Below are positions 7,604-15,445 of a stretch of 26,209 nt of DNA, piece by piece. The notes below the pieces were generated by a model, which was not told where the DNA came from, made no database searches, and worked only from the letters and a program-made list of their open reading frames with translations. Each line of letters begins with the position of its first letter. Position 1 is the first letter of the stretch. A program made the translations under genes and the position numbers. The stretch comes from an archaeon (GTDB lineage: Archaea > Iainarchaeota > Iainarchaeia > Iainarchaeales > Iainarchaeaceae). The stretch covers positions 1 to 26,209 of the forward strand of contig DATDXA010000010.1 of NCBI GenBank assembly GCA_035289485.1, given 5' to 3'.

Positions 7604-7966
7604 TTACATTCCGCCGTATGCGCCGCCGGAGTATTCGACATTGCGTCGGGCAATCAAAAGATACGCGAATGAGAAAACTACAAGGATGTAGAACCAGCCA
7701 TATTTTCCAACACTCTCGACAATCGATTGGCTTCCAGCTGAGGCGTTTTGTTGGTCGGCAATTACCCTGCCTGTTTCGTTTTTGATTGTTCCGGGTGCGA
7801 GGTTGCCGATGTTTGCGTTTGTGTCGGATAGGATTGCGTTGGATTCGTCAAACATTCCTGTAATGAAACTGTTTAAAATCGGGTTTTGCACGGAGAACAT
7901 GAACGCCATCAAGCCCACGACTATTGCGAAAACAAAAACGTATGAGAAAACTCCGCGCTCATTCAT
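7604..7966 (-). CDS. Two-TM small membrane protein with class III-like signal peptide; candidate major virion protein
   Basis: MNERG|VF followed by a hydrophobic helix, Asn-rich linker with NET/NAS sequons, second hydrophobic helix; GAGGTG RBS. Confidence 0.7.
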   Translation of the reverse strand: MNERGVFSYVFVFAIVVGLMAFMFSVQNPILNSFITGMFDESNAILSDTNANIGNLAPGTIKNETGRVIADQQNASAGSQSIVESVGKYGWFYILVVFSFAYLLIARRNVEYSGGAYGGM

Positions 7967-7975
7967 GTGCGCACC

Positions 7976-10198
7976 TCAAAGCCTGATGGCGAAGCGTGGG
8001 AATATTTGCGAGCGCGAGCTGCTCTTTTGTTTTTTTGCTCGCGGAGCTGGGCGGCTTCCAAAGAATTCGTTGAATCCTGCGAACTCGGAGGTTTTGCCGA
8101 AGATTGGCATGGCTCTGCGTGGTGCTGTCCTGCTCCTGCCCGTTTGCCCCCGACTTACAGCTCTGCCTTCGCCAAATGCGTTCCCGAAAGCAGCTGCCCA
8201 TTCATCAAAATACCCTAGTCGTGTCCGTCTGGTTCCTACTCCGCCTTCTGCGCCTAGTCTTCCGGGTGGGAAGAATGGCAAGCCCGTGGGTACTAGGGTG
8301 GGGACGTTTACCATGCTTGGAACGTTAATGTTTGTTGCGGTTGGCACGGTTGTTTCTGTCGTAGTTTCAGCCGGCCCTAAGATGTCTGTTATTTCTGGGA
8401 TATTTGTTTTTGTCGGGATTTGGGTTATGCTTGGTGTTTCTGTTCTGCTCGGCGTTTGCGTTGTGGTGAACGTGGGCAGTCCGAATTCGTCCACCAGCAC
8501 GCTGCGCCCGCCAATGTTTACCGTGCGCGAAGGCGTGAACACATCCGAAAAAAACGTAGTACCCGTTTTTGCTTTCCCTTTTGGCGCGGCTTTCTGTGTA
8601 ACCACAGGAGTTCCAGAACCCGATACGCCCATCGTGAGAACAGGTATACGCAATCCGGCTTCACGCCCAACCGCACGACTTATAAGCTTTTCAGCAACAT
8701 CACCTCCCGGTTCACCCGGAAAATCAACACCATAACCCACTCCTTGGATCACCCTTCCAAAACCATAAGGAACAGCCACCGCTTGAAGACCGGAGAATGT
8801 TGCACCACTCACACCGCCAATCGCCGCGCCAAAAAACACTCGCGACCAATCGGCTTCTCTTTTGGTAAGAGTTTCTATGTTATACGTTTGCCCCCCGCCT
8901 TCAACAACAGCAACGGCACCGATACGAGGAACGGTTAATGCTCCAAGTGCAAGAGCCTGTTTGGCAGGAGTTTTTGCGGCTCGAAGTGCCGCAGAACTTC
9001 CGCGTGTCCATTGGCTGCCGATAAATTCGCTTCCCGTTTCACTTGCGATTATACCAAGCGATGACCAAAAGCCTACAGATTCACCGCTCTTGATTACCGC
9101 GCTTATGTTCTGCGAGGTTATAGGATAGCCTTGTGATTGCAGGGCTTTTGTCGCGGCTGTTTTTTTTGATTCTTCGGATATAAAAAAACTTGTCAAACCC
9201 TGTATTCCTGATAAACCAAAACGTTGTCCCATTCCAAGCAAATCGTCTCCTCCGACTTCAGGGCGTATGATTTCGCTCGAAATCACTTTCCCTGTTTCAT
9301 CCACCGATTGATTAATGCGACCTGAAAGACCGGTGCTTATGGATTCGGAATGGTATGTTTCCAGCACTCCGAGCCTTTGTTCTCTTTGCCCGCCAAGTAT
9401 TTTTTGCAAAGTTGTTGCTTCGCTTTCTTTTGCCCCCTGCGTTGCTGTTGCACCCCACAAATGCAAACCAATCCCAGTGCCATAAACAGCCCCACTTTTA
9501 ACAGAACCGGGCACACGAGAAACAACCCCGCCACCTTTTTGAATTGCCCGTTCTGTCGTTTGAACTGCAGCAGTTCCACCCGGAACGCGAGAAGCAACAC
9601 GCGAAACCACAGGAGCCGCGCGTTCCAACAACCCGGCTAAACCGCCAACTAAAAATCTTACACCTCTGGCGATAGGATAAACAGAACCGGCTTCCGCGGC
9701 CATGGCAGACACCGGTCGACCTATGACAGCATCATATTGCGCCCGTTGTTCTTTAGGAATCAAACGTCTGGCTTCCAGTATCGGCCCGATAATAGGAACG
9801 TTTCCACTTGTCCCGATTTTATCTTGCGTGTTCGCAAACTGTTGATAAGCTGTAGCTCCAAGACCTCCGAAAATGCCATAATCCTGTTGCGGTTTTTGAA
9901 TTTCTACCTTGCGAACAGGAGCCGGAGTTATTGGCGCTCTTGAAACCGGTTCTGTGGGAATATTTCTATTAACCAAGCTAGCCTGAGCCTGAACCTCCGC
10001 AGGAGTAGGCGCAACCGCACCCCCACCCGAAGAACCGCCACCGCCGCCGTATCCGGCAAAATGTTTTTTTGCGGCTTCAGGGCCTTGTTGCCAAAAAACC
10101 TTTTTAGTTTCATCAAATTGCTTTTGAGCTTCTTGCCTCGCTGCTGATTGCCGAGCGAGAGCAGAAGCCGCCGAGTTAAGCTGGGCTTGCGTTGCCAT
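7976..10198 (-). CDS. 740-aa Gly/Ala-rich membrane-associated protein with Thr/Pro-rich and basic C-terminus; candidate virion/DNA-entry protein
   Basis: Long ORF, GAGGTG RBS, TAATG coupling; several GxxxG hydrophobic segments. Confidence 0.75.
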   Translation of the reverse strand: MATQAQLNSAASALARQSAARQEAQKQFDETKKVFWQQGPEAAKKHFAGYGGGGGSSGGGAVAPTPAEVQAQASLVNRNIPTEPVSRAPITPAPVRKVEIQKPQQDYGIFGGLGATAYQQFANTQDKIGTSGNVPIIGPILEARRLIPKEQRAQYDAVIGRPVSAMAAEAGSVYPIARGVRFLVGGLAGLLERAAPVVSRVASRVPGGTAAVQTTERAIQKGGGVVSRVPGSVKSGAVYGTGIGLHLWGATATQGAKESEATTLQKILGGQREQRLGVLETYHSESISTGLSGRINQSVDETGKVISSEIIRPEVGGDDLLGMGQRFGLSGIQGLTSFFISEESKKTAATKALQSQGYPITSQNISAVIKSGESVGFWSSLGIIASETGSEFIGSQWTRGSSAALRAAKTPAKQALALGALTVPRIGAVAVVEGGGQTYNIETLTKREADWSRVFFGAAIGGVSGATFSGLQAVAVPYGFGRVIQGVGYGVDFPGEPGGDVAEKLISRAVGREAGLRIPVLTMGVSGSGTPVVTQKAAPKGKAKTGTTFFSDVFTPSRTVNIGGRSVLVDEFGLPTFTTTQTPSRTETPSITQIPTKTNIPEITDILGPAETTTETTVPTATNINVPSMVNVPTLVPTGLPFFPPGRLGAEGGVGTRRTRLGYFDEWAAAFGNAFGEGRAVSRGQTGRSRTAPRRAMPIFGKTSEFAGFNEFFGSRPAPRAKKQKSSSRSQIFPRFAIRL

Positions 10199-10407
10199 TA
10201 ATCGCACCTCGTTTTATTTGCTTCAAAGTATAATTTTGCTTCCTGCGTGCCAATACTCCAAAAGATATTCCGAGTATCCTCGTATAATGTTTTTTGGCAC
10301 GTTTGGGGAAGATTTTGGTATGCCACAGAATCAGGGATAGGAATTACTACGGCTCCAGCTGCGCTTACAAGCATGAGAACCCCGGCGAGAATTAGCGCCG
10401 GGTTCAT
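10198..10407 (-). CDS. Small secreted or membrane-anchored protein
   Basis: N-terminal hydrophobic signal, two Cys, coupled at both ends. Confidence 0.7.
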   Translation of the reverse strand: MNPALILAGVLMLVSAAGAVVIPIPDSVAYQNLPQTCQKTLYEDTRNIFWSIGTQEAKLYFEANKTRCD

Positions 10408-10580
10408 GTTCCCGCCCCGCTAACGATTATTTGTTTATCCTGCACGCGCCATGTGAGCTTTTGCCCGTTTATGTCCGTGCGAAGCCCCAAGAGGTTCACG
10501 GCGAAGTCATAGGGCACGCTGACTTTGAAATACTTGCGACCCTTCGCCTTTGAGAAAAAAACGCTGGTTTGCTTTTCCAT
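10404..10580 (-). CDS. AbrB/SpoVT-like DNA-binding protein
   Basis: 'YFKVSVPYDFAVNLLGL......LTWRVQDKQIIVS' swapped-hairpin pattern; probably leaderless from ATG 10580. Confidence 0.65.
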   Translation of the reverse strand: MEKQTSVFFSKAKGRKYFKVSVPYDFAVNLLGLRTDINGQKLTWRVQDKQIIVSGAGT

Positions 10581-10675
10581 AAAGAAGGTTGCTAACAGCC
10601 GAGAATAAAAAAACAATGGGCTATAAGGTTAATGAAAGAACAAAAAACTAAACTGTTGGAATCTGGCGCGTTTTA

Positions 10676-10691
10676 GGTTCGAGCTGAGGAC
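10676..10691 (+). repeat. attR core GGTTCGAGCTGAGGAC
   Basis: Identical to 1950-1965. Confidence 0.92.
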
Positions 10692-10783
10692 ACATAATTC
10701 AGATGCCATTGTGAAATAAATGCGCCGAAAGCGGATTAGCTCTTTTTATGAAAATGGATAAAAAGAAATTTTTGAACCGAAGG

Positions 10784-12823
10784 TCATTTTCCGCCAAAGA
10801 GTCCGCCAAGCCGCCCCATGTTGAAAAGGTCCGAGAACTTGCTTGATTCTTCCTCAAGCTGCCTTGACTGCTCATCAAGCGCCGCAAGTGTCTCTTTGTC
10901 ATCAACACCGCTCGCCTCAAGCTTTGTCCTTATTTCCTTAAGCTTGTCAGCCCGCACACGCACCTTTGCCCCATAGTCGCCATCGCCGAATAAATAGCTC
11001 ATGAAACCGAGTTTTTCCTGGTCCTCTGCGGTTTTTTCGACCGTGTCCCCGAGCTGGTTTGCAAGGGCGGGGTCGTCATCAAAAAGTCTTGCAAGGGCGC
11101 CCTGGAAGTTGTCTGTGGCTATCTTGTCGGCTTTTATAACGCCAAAGCGCCTGCACATCTGCGAAACTACCTGTGAAGCCAGCTCTTCCGGATTTTCAAT
11201 CGATGACTGGCAGCTGCTTGCCGCGTCCTGCTTGGCTGAGCAGTTCACTGCTGCCTCTGCCCTGCACATTGCCATGCGCAGCTTCACAGAGCCCAAATCC
11301 CCAATTGCCCTTGAAGCCTCCTGCTTGCACCTCACTTTCATCCTCTCAAACTCGCCTGCCGGGGGACCGCCCTGCTGCGGGGCAAACTGGTCAAGGAGCT
11401 CATCATCGCTCATTTCGCACATCTCTTCCGGACTTGGCCCCGGAGGCCCGTATCCGCCCTGCTGCGGGGGCTGCCCATAATTTTGTTGGTCCGGGCGTTG
11501 GTAACCCTGCTGCTGGCCGTAATTGGGCTGGCCCTGGTTTGGCCCATACTGCTGCCCGGGATAAGGCTGATAGCCTTGGCCCTCAAAGCCCCTTGGCTGC
11601 TGGCCCGAACCATAAGGCTGCTGGCCAAAATCAGGGCCTTCAGTTCCACTGCCAGGCACATAGCTAGACCCTGCACTTGGGAGAACATCTGTGGAGGATT
11701 GCTCTGAACGCTGCACCTCTGTGGAGCTGCCAGGAGAAGATTGCGTTGAATCGGCCTCTTCCAAATTGCCTACTGTAAAAAACCCTGTTGCCGGAAATAT
11801 CCTCTCCATTATCCTTTTTGCGGCGGTTTCAGCGGGGGAATCCTGAGCCGGAGCCTGTTCAGGCTCTGGTGCAGGCGCTGGCTCTTGAGGCGGTGCCACA
11901 GTTTCCTGCGGCTGCGGATTTTCTGAGGGTGTCTCCTCCTGCTGTGGCGCCGAATCTTCATATGGCGCATCCTGCACCGGCATTGGATAATTTTCTTGTG
12001 GCTGGGGTGCCGGCTCGCTGCCCTGCTGATATGGCGGCTGCTCGCAGACCCATCTTCCGGTTGTGCACGAGGACCTTGCACCGCCAGGGCATTGTGGGGG
12101 CTGTGATGAGCACTCGTCCCTATAACCGGGCTGCTGGCCGCCATAGCCCTGTTGCGGCTCCCTGTTTCCCTGGCCTTGCTGCTGCACATTAAATTCCGGG
12201 AAATGGAAGTCGAATGAGCGCTCCTGCATCTGCTTTAAATTCTGCTTGAACTCGGTGCACTTCTGCCTGAACTCAGGAATTTTTGCCTTGATGCTTTCTA
12301 AGAACTCCTCCTCCCTTGCCGCCTGCCTCTCTTTCTGCTCATCTATTTGTGCGATGCAAACTTTTTCTATAACAGTCTCGTTCATTGTCTCAAAAGTGAG
12401 GCTTTCGGCAGTGTACCCTGCCTTTTCGAGGTATCGCTTCATCCCCGGAGGAAATGGGAGGCCGCCCTCGCTAAACGAAGGGCAATATAGGTCCGGAGTG
12501 CATGAATCGGCTTCTGACTTGAGCCTTGCGCACGCGGTTGAAGTCTCCCCAGACTGCCTTATCACCGAAGCTATCTGGGATTGGATAGCGTCCCTCTCGC
12601 CCCTGCAGCCCTGCACGAATGCACCGCTATTTTCCGAAACCCAAGTATAGGCACTGGTCATCGATTCAACTAGTTGCTGGGATGCGACATATTCCTGGTC
12701 CGCATAGCTTGCCTTTTCCATGCCAAAGCCGAAGTCGTTTTCTGCAAAGCCCTGCCCGCCAAATTGGTCATTTTCTGCCGAATAGGAAAATGCTGACAAA
12801 ATTAGTACTGCAAAGCCAATCAA
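10784..12823 (-). CDS. Large secreted Cys-rich protein with Gln/Pro/Gly low-complexity linkers
   Basis: Signal-like N-terminus, many spaced Cys in helical blocks, QQxYG-type repeats; start uncertain. Confidence 0.8.
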   Translation of the reverse strand: MIGFAVLILSAFSYSAENDQFGGQGFAENDFGFGMEKASYADQEYVASQQLVESMTSAYTWVSENSGAFVQGCRGERDAIQSQIASVIRQSGETSTACARLKSEADSCTPDLYCPSFSEGGLPFPPGMKRYLEKAGYTAESLTFETMNETVIEKVCIAQIDEQKERQAAREEEFLESIKAKIPEFRQKCTEFKQNLKQMQERSFDFHFPEFNVQQQGQGNREPQQGYGGQQPGYRDECSSQPPQCPGGARSSCTTGRWVCEQPPYQQGSEPAPQPQENYPMPVQDAPYEDSAPQQEETPSENPQPQETVAPPQEPAPAPEPEQAPAQDSPAETAAKRIMERIFPATGFFTVGNLEEADSTQSSPGSSTEVQRSEQSSTDVLPSAGSSYVPGSGTEGPDFGQQPYGSGQQPRGFEGQGYQPYPGQQYGPNQGQPNYGQQQGYQRPDQQNYGQPPQQGGYGPPGPSPEEMCEMSDDELLDQFAPQQGGPPAGEFERMKVRCKQEASRAIGDLGSVKLRMAMCRAEAAVNCSAKQDAASSCQSSIENPEELASQVVSQMCRRFGVIKADKIATDNFQGALARLFDDDPALANQLGDTVEKTAEDQEKLGFMSYLFGDGDYGAKVRVRADKLKEIRTKLEASGVDDKETLAALDEQSRQLEEESSKFSDLFNMGRLGGLFGGK

Positions 12824-12980
12824 AGCAAACCTGCGCGTGCCAATGCCTCCAAAATTTGTGATATTAAGAACTAAACCCCTATTTATAAGATTGCACTGGT
12901 CCGCCGCTTGATAAAAACACCCAGAAAACGAAAAATCTGGAAAGCCGCAGTAAAAAATTAAAAAAATAAAAACAGCCCCG

Positions 12981-13748
12981 CTACTGCGGGGTGAATGTTA
13001 CATCCGATTTTTTGGACTTGCTTCCTGGCCAGAATGAGCTCACTTTCACGGCAGAATCAACCGTGAATGAGATTGTGCCATCTTTTCCGTTTGGGACGTT
13101 GAAGGTTTCAAATGCGCTGCTGCGAATGTCAGCTCCGCCCCATACCGAATTCTGTGTCCTCTGGTTTATTGTGAGGTTCACAGTGGCGCCTTTTGGGACC
13201 ATGATTTCGCTCACTTTGTTTCCGTCCTGATAGAAGCCCTTATCGTCGCTCTCGAGCATGAAGCTCACGGCATCTGGAGAGGGGCTTGATTGCGCTGGCT
13301 CAACTCGCGTTTGGAGCCGAACTGAAATGCCCGCAGTTTCCCCGCCTTCAATGTCTATTTCACCGGAATTTGCGGCGAAAACGTTTTGCGCATCCGCAGC
13401 TGCCACGTAAATTTCGCCTGAAGTGACATTCTCAAACGTCACTTTGCCTGAAGAATCGGTGTTCTTCATGCCGATTTTTGGGGCATCGGAACTATCGCCC
13501 GCGAAAATCTCAACAACTGCATTTTCAACTGGGTTGCCATCCGGCCCCGTTACAGTGACTTCAAGTTCGCCCTTAGCAGAAGTTCCTGCGCTATTTGACG
13601 GAGTCGTGTCTGCGGGGGCCTGGTTTTCCTGAGCCCCTACAGCAGTGTTTTGCTCTCCCTGAACTGAAGCCTCCGACTGGTACTGTGCGCAGCCAGAAAG
13701 CAGCACCAATGCCGCAACCAGGCATGCAAATAGTATTTTCATATTCAT
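12981..13748 (-). CDS. Lipoprotein with carboxypeptidase-regulatory-like (prealbumin) domain and cupredoxin-like C-terminal domain
   Basis: GAGGTGA RBS; lipobox LLSGC; 'VTGPDGNPVENAVV..TDSSGKV.F'. Confidence 0.75.
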   Translation of the reverse strand: MNMKILFACLVAALVLLSGCAQYQSEASVQGEQNTAVGAQENQAPADTTPSNSAGTSAKGELEVTVTGPDGNPVENAVVEIFAGDSSDAPKIGMKNTDSSGKVTFENVTSGEIYVAAADAQNVFAANSGEIDIEGGETAGISVRLQTRVEPAQSSPSPDAVSFMLESDDKGFYQDGNKVSEIMVPKGATVNLTINQRTQNSVWGGADIRSSAFETFNVPNGKDGTISFTVDSAVKVSSFWPGSKSKKSDVTFTPQ

Positions 13749-13891
13749 TGTTTCACCTCGCAAACCAAAAATAAAATTGGCAAGCACTTTCTGCACCGAG
13801 GTGAATATAAAATTGTTGATGCGGCCACTAACGGAGCATAAGAATTGAAAAATTCGAATTTTTATCAAAAAAACTTAAAAAAGGGGTGGAA

Positions 13892-13914
13892 GGCACGGCG
13901 AAATTTGCCGTGCC
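13892..13914 (-). terminator. GC-rich hairpin followed by a T-run on the minus strand
   Basis: GGCACGGC-N7-GCCGTGCC just after the stop at 13927. Confidence 0.55.
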
Positions 13915-13926
13915 AAAAGGAAAACG

Positions 13927-14091
13927 TCAGTTATTCTTCTGCAGTTCCTTTATCCTTTCTGCAACCCCTTTGGCTTCCTTCTCAAGGGTATCCTGATACT
14001 CCTTGAGCATTTCTATTTTCTCCTCTTTTGTCAGGAATCCCCTGTACGCAGAGTAGTCGCCTGTGCATCCGCACGAACTTGTGCAATTCAT
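13927..14091 (-). CDS. 54-aa Cys-leader coiled-coil protein (DUF5320-like), absent from the ORF track
   Basis: MNCTSSCGCTGDYSAYRGFLTKEEKIEMLKEYQDTLEKEAKGVAERIKELQKNN; GGAGG RBS. Confidence 0.8.
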   Translation of the reverse strand: MNCTSSCGCTGDYSAYRGFLTKEEKIEMLKEYQDTLEKEAKGVAERIKELQKNN

Positions 14092-14119
14092 CCCAAATCC
14101 CTCCTACCTAATTAATTGA

Positions 14120-14177
14120 ATATTGGGTAACCGATATGTAAGAAGTTCTCTTTATATATGTATCGGGCACCCAATAT
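14120..14177. promoter_or_regulatory. Two palindromic operators flanking a divergent TATA box (candidate PadR sites)
   Basis: ATATTGG-GTAA-CCGATAT (14120-14137) and GTATCGG-GCAC-CCAATAT (14160-14177) around TTTATATA. Confidence 0.6.
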
Positions 14178-14192
14178 ATCCGAGGGTTTACT

Positions 14193-14807
14193 ATGCGAAA
14201 TTGGGACAAATTGGCAGAGGATAAAACAATTCAAGCCACCGCCAAGGCAATTGAGGCGAGGGGCATCGAGGTTTTTGTTGTTGATACAAAAGGAGAGGCG
14301 CTTAGAAAAATCAAAGCGCTCATACCAAAAGGCTCTGAAGTGATGAATGGAACATCCACAACACTTCAGCAAATCGGATATTCTGATTATTTGAAGGCAG
14401 GAGAGCACGGCTGGATTGATTTGCATGAAAAAATCGGAAAGGAAGACAACAGGGAAAAAAGATCCGGTTTGAGAAGGCAGGCATCGGCAGCAGAATATTT
14501 CCTTGGCAGCGTGAATGCAATCTCCCAAAACGGGGAGCTTGTGGCGGCTGATGCATCAGGTTCTCGCGTAACGGCATACCCATTTGCCGCAAAGCATGTG
14601 ATTTTGGTTGCTGGGGCGCAGAAAATAATGCCTAATTTGGAAAAGGCAATGCAAAGGGTTCGAGAATATGTATTCCCGCTTGAAAATGAGAGGGCAAAGA
14701 AAGTTTATGGTTCTGGCAGCAACACATCAAAATGGGTGATTATAGAAAAAGAGTCCGTGCCTGGCAGAATGAAACTGATACTAATCAAGGAAAAGCTCGG
14801 GTTTTGA
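14193..14807 (+). CDS. LUD domain protein (LutC/YkgG-like)
   Basis: 'FLGSVNAISQNGELVAADASGSRV...VILVAGAQKI' motif. Confidence 0.85.
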   Translation: MRNWDKLAEDKTIQATAKAIEARGIEVFVVDTKGEALRKIKALIPKGSEVMNGTSTTLQQIGYSDYLKAGEHGWIDLHEKIGKEDNREKRSGLRRQASAAEYFLGSVNAISQNGELVAADASGSRVTAYPFAAKHVILVAGAQKIMPNLEKAMQRVREYVFPLENERAKKVYGSGSNTSKWVIIEKESVPGRMKLILIKEKLGF

Positions 14808-14866
14808 GAAGCTAAATATTAAAAATATGGAAGACAAATACTTTTGGAAAAAAACGGAATACCCAC

Positions 14867-15178
14867 ATGACAAAAAACGAAGAATACGAGGACTGCTGCG
14901 ATATGCGCGGCATGCTCGGCTTTCTGATACTTTTCCTGCTCTCCAAAAAAAGCATGCACGGGCAGGAGATTGCAGATGAACTTGAGAAAAGGAAGGGTTT
15001 CCGGCCAAGCCCTGGAACTATTTACCCAGCGCTAAAGCAGCTAAAGGAAGGCGGGCTTATTGAAGAGAGGAAAGAGGGCAAAACAATAGTTTACACGCTT
15101 ACCAAAGACGGAAAAATAGGGCTCAAGGCGCTGAAACTGAAGTTCTGCAAGATATTTGTGGGCGTTTTTTCGGAATGA
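14867..15178 (+). CDS. PadR family transcriptional regulator
   Basis: 'MHGQEI..EL.....PSPGTIYPALKQL...GLI.....Y.LT..G'. Confidence 0.92.
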   Translation: MTKNEEYEDCCDMRGMLGFLILFLLSKKSMHGQEIADELEKRKGFRPSPGTIYPALKQLKEGGLIEERKEGKTIVYTLTKDGKIGLKALKLKFCKIFVGVFSE

Positions 15179-15445
15179 AACCGGCAGGCTAAATATTAAG
15201 AGAATAAAAATTTTGCAAATTCCAAAAGAAGTGATGGCTCACCCAAAATTTCAGCCCTTTAGGAGCTTACAGTTCCAGGCCCCACCATCGGACATATTTG
15301 CCAATTAAGAGTTTAAAAACTTATCAAAACGCCAGTGCCGGTGCCAAAAGGCACAGTGAGGGAAATGAGAGGAAAGGAATCATTTAATACAACTTTTAGG
15401 CACAATTTAGAAACCTTATTTGACAGCGGAACCGGCGGTGAAAAA

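Larger units (their letters stand above)
1950..10691. mobile_element. Integrated element (putative provirus or integrative plasmid), 8726-bp circle on excision
   Basis: 16-bp direct repeats at both ends, integrase next to attL, replication ATPase, many small RHH/HTH genes, translationally coupled ORFs. Confidence 0.9.

Noticed and set aside
7782..8735. 317-aa plus-strand ORF
   Set aside because: Antisense shadow of the Thr/Pro-rich 740-aa gene and the 120-aa gene, which have RBS and operon coupling
11001..12861. Several plus-strand ORFs of 74-164 aa
   Set aside because: Shadows of the GC-rich low-complexity minus-strand gene
15231..15295. Fluoride riboswitch (GATGGTG...GCTGA)
   Set aside because: Conserved UGAUGAC/CUAC ending absent and no downstream same-strand gene
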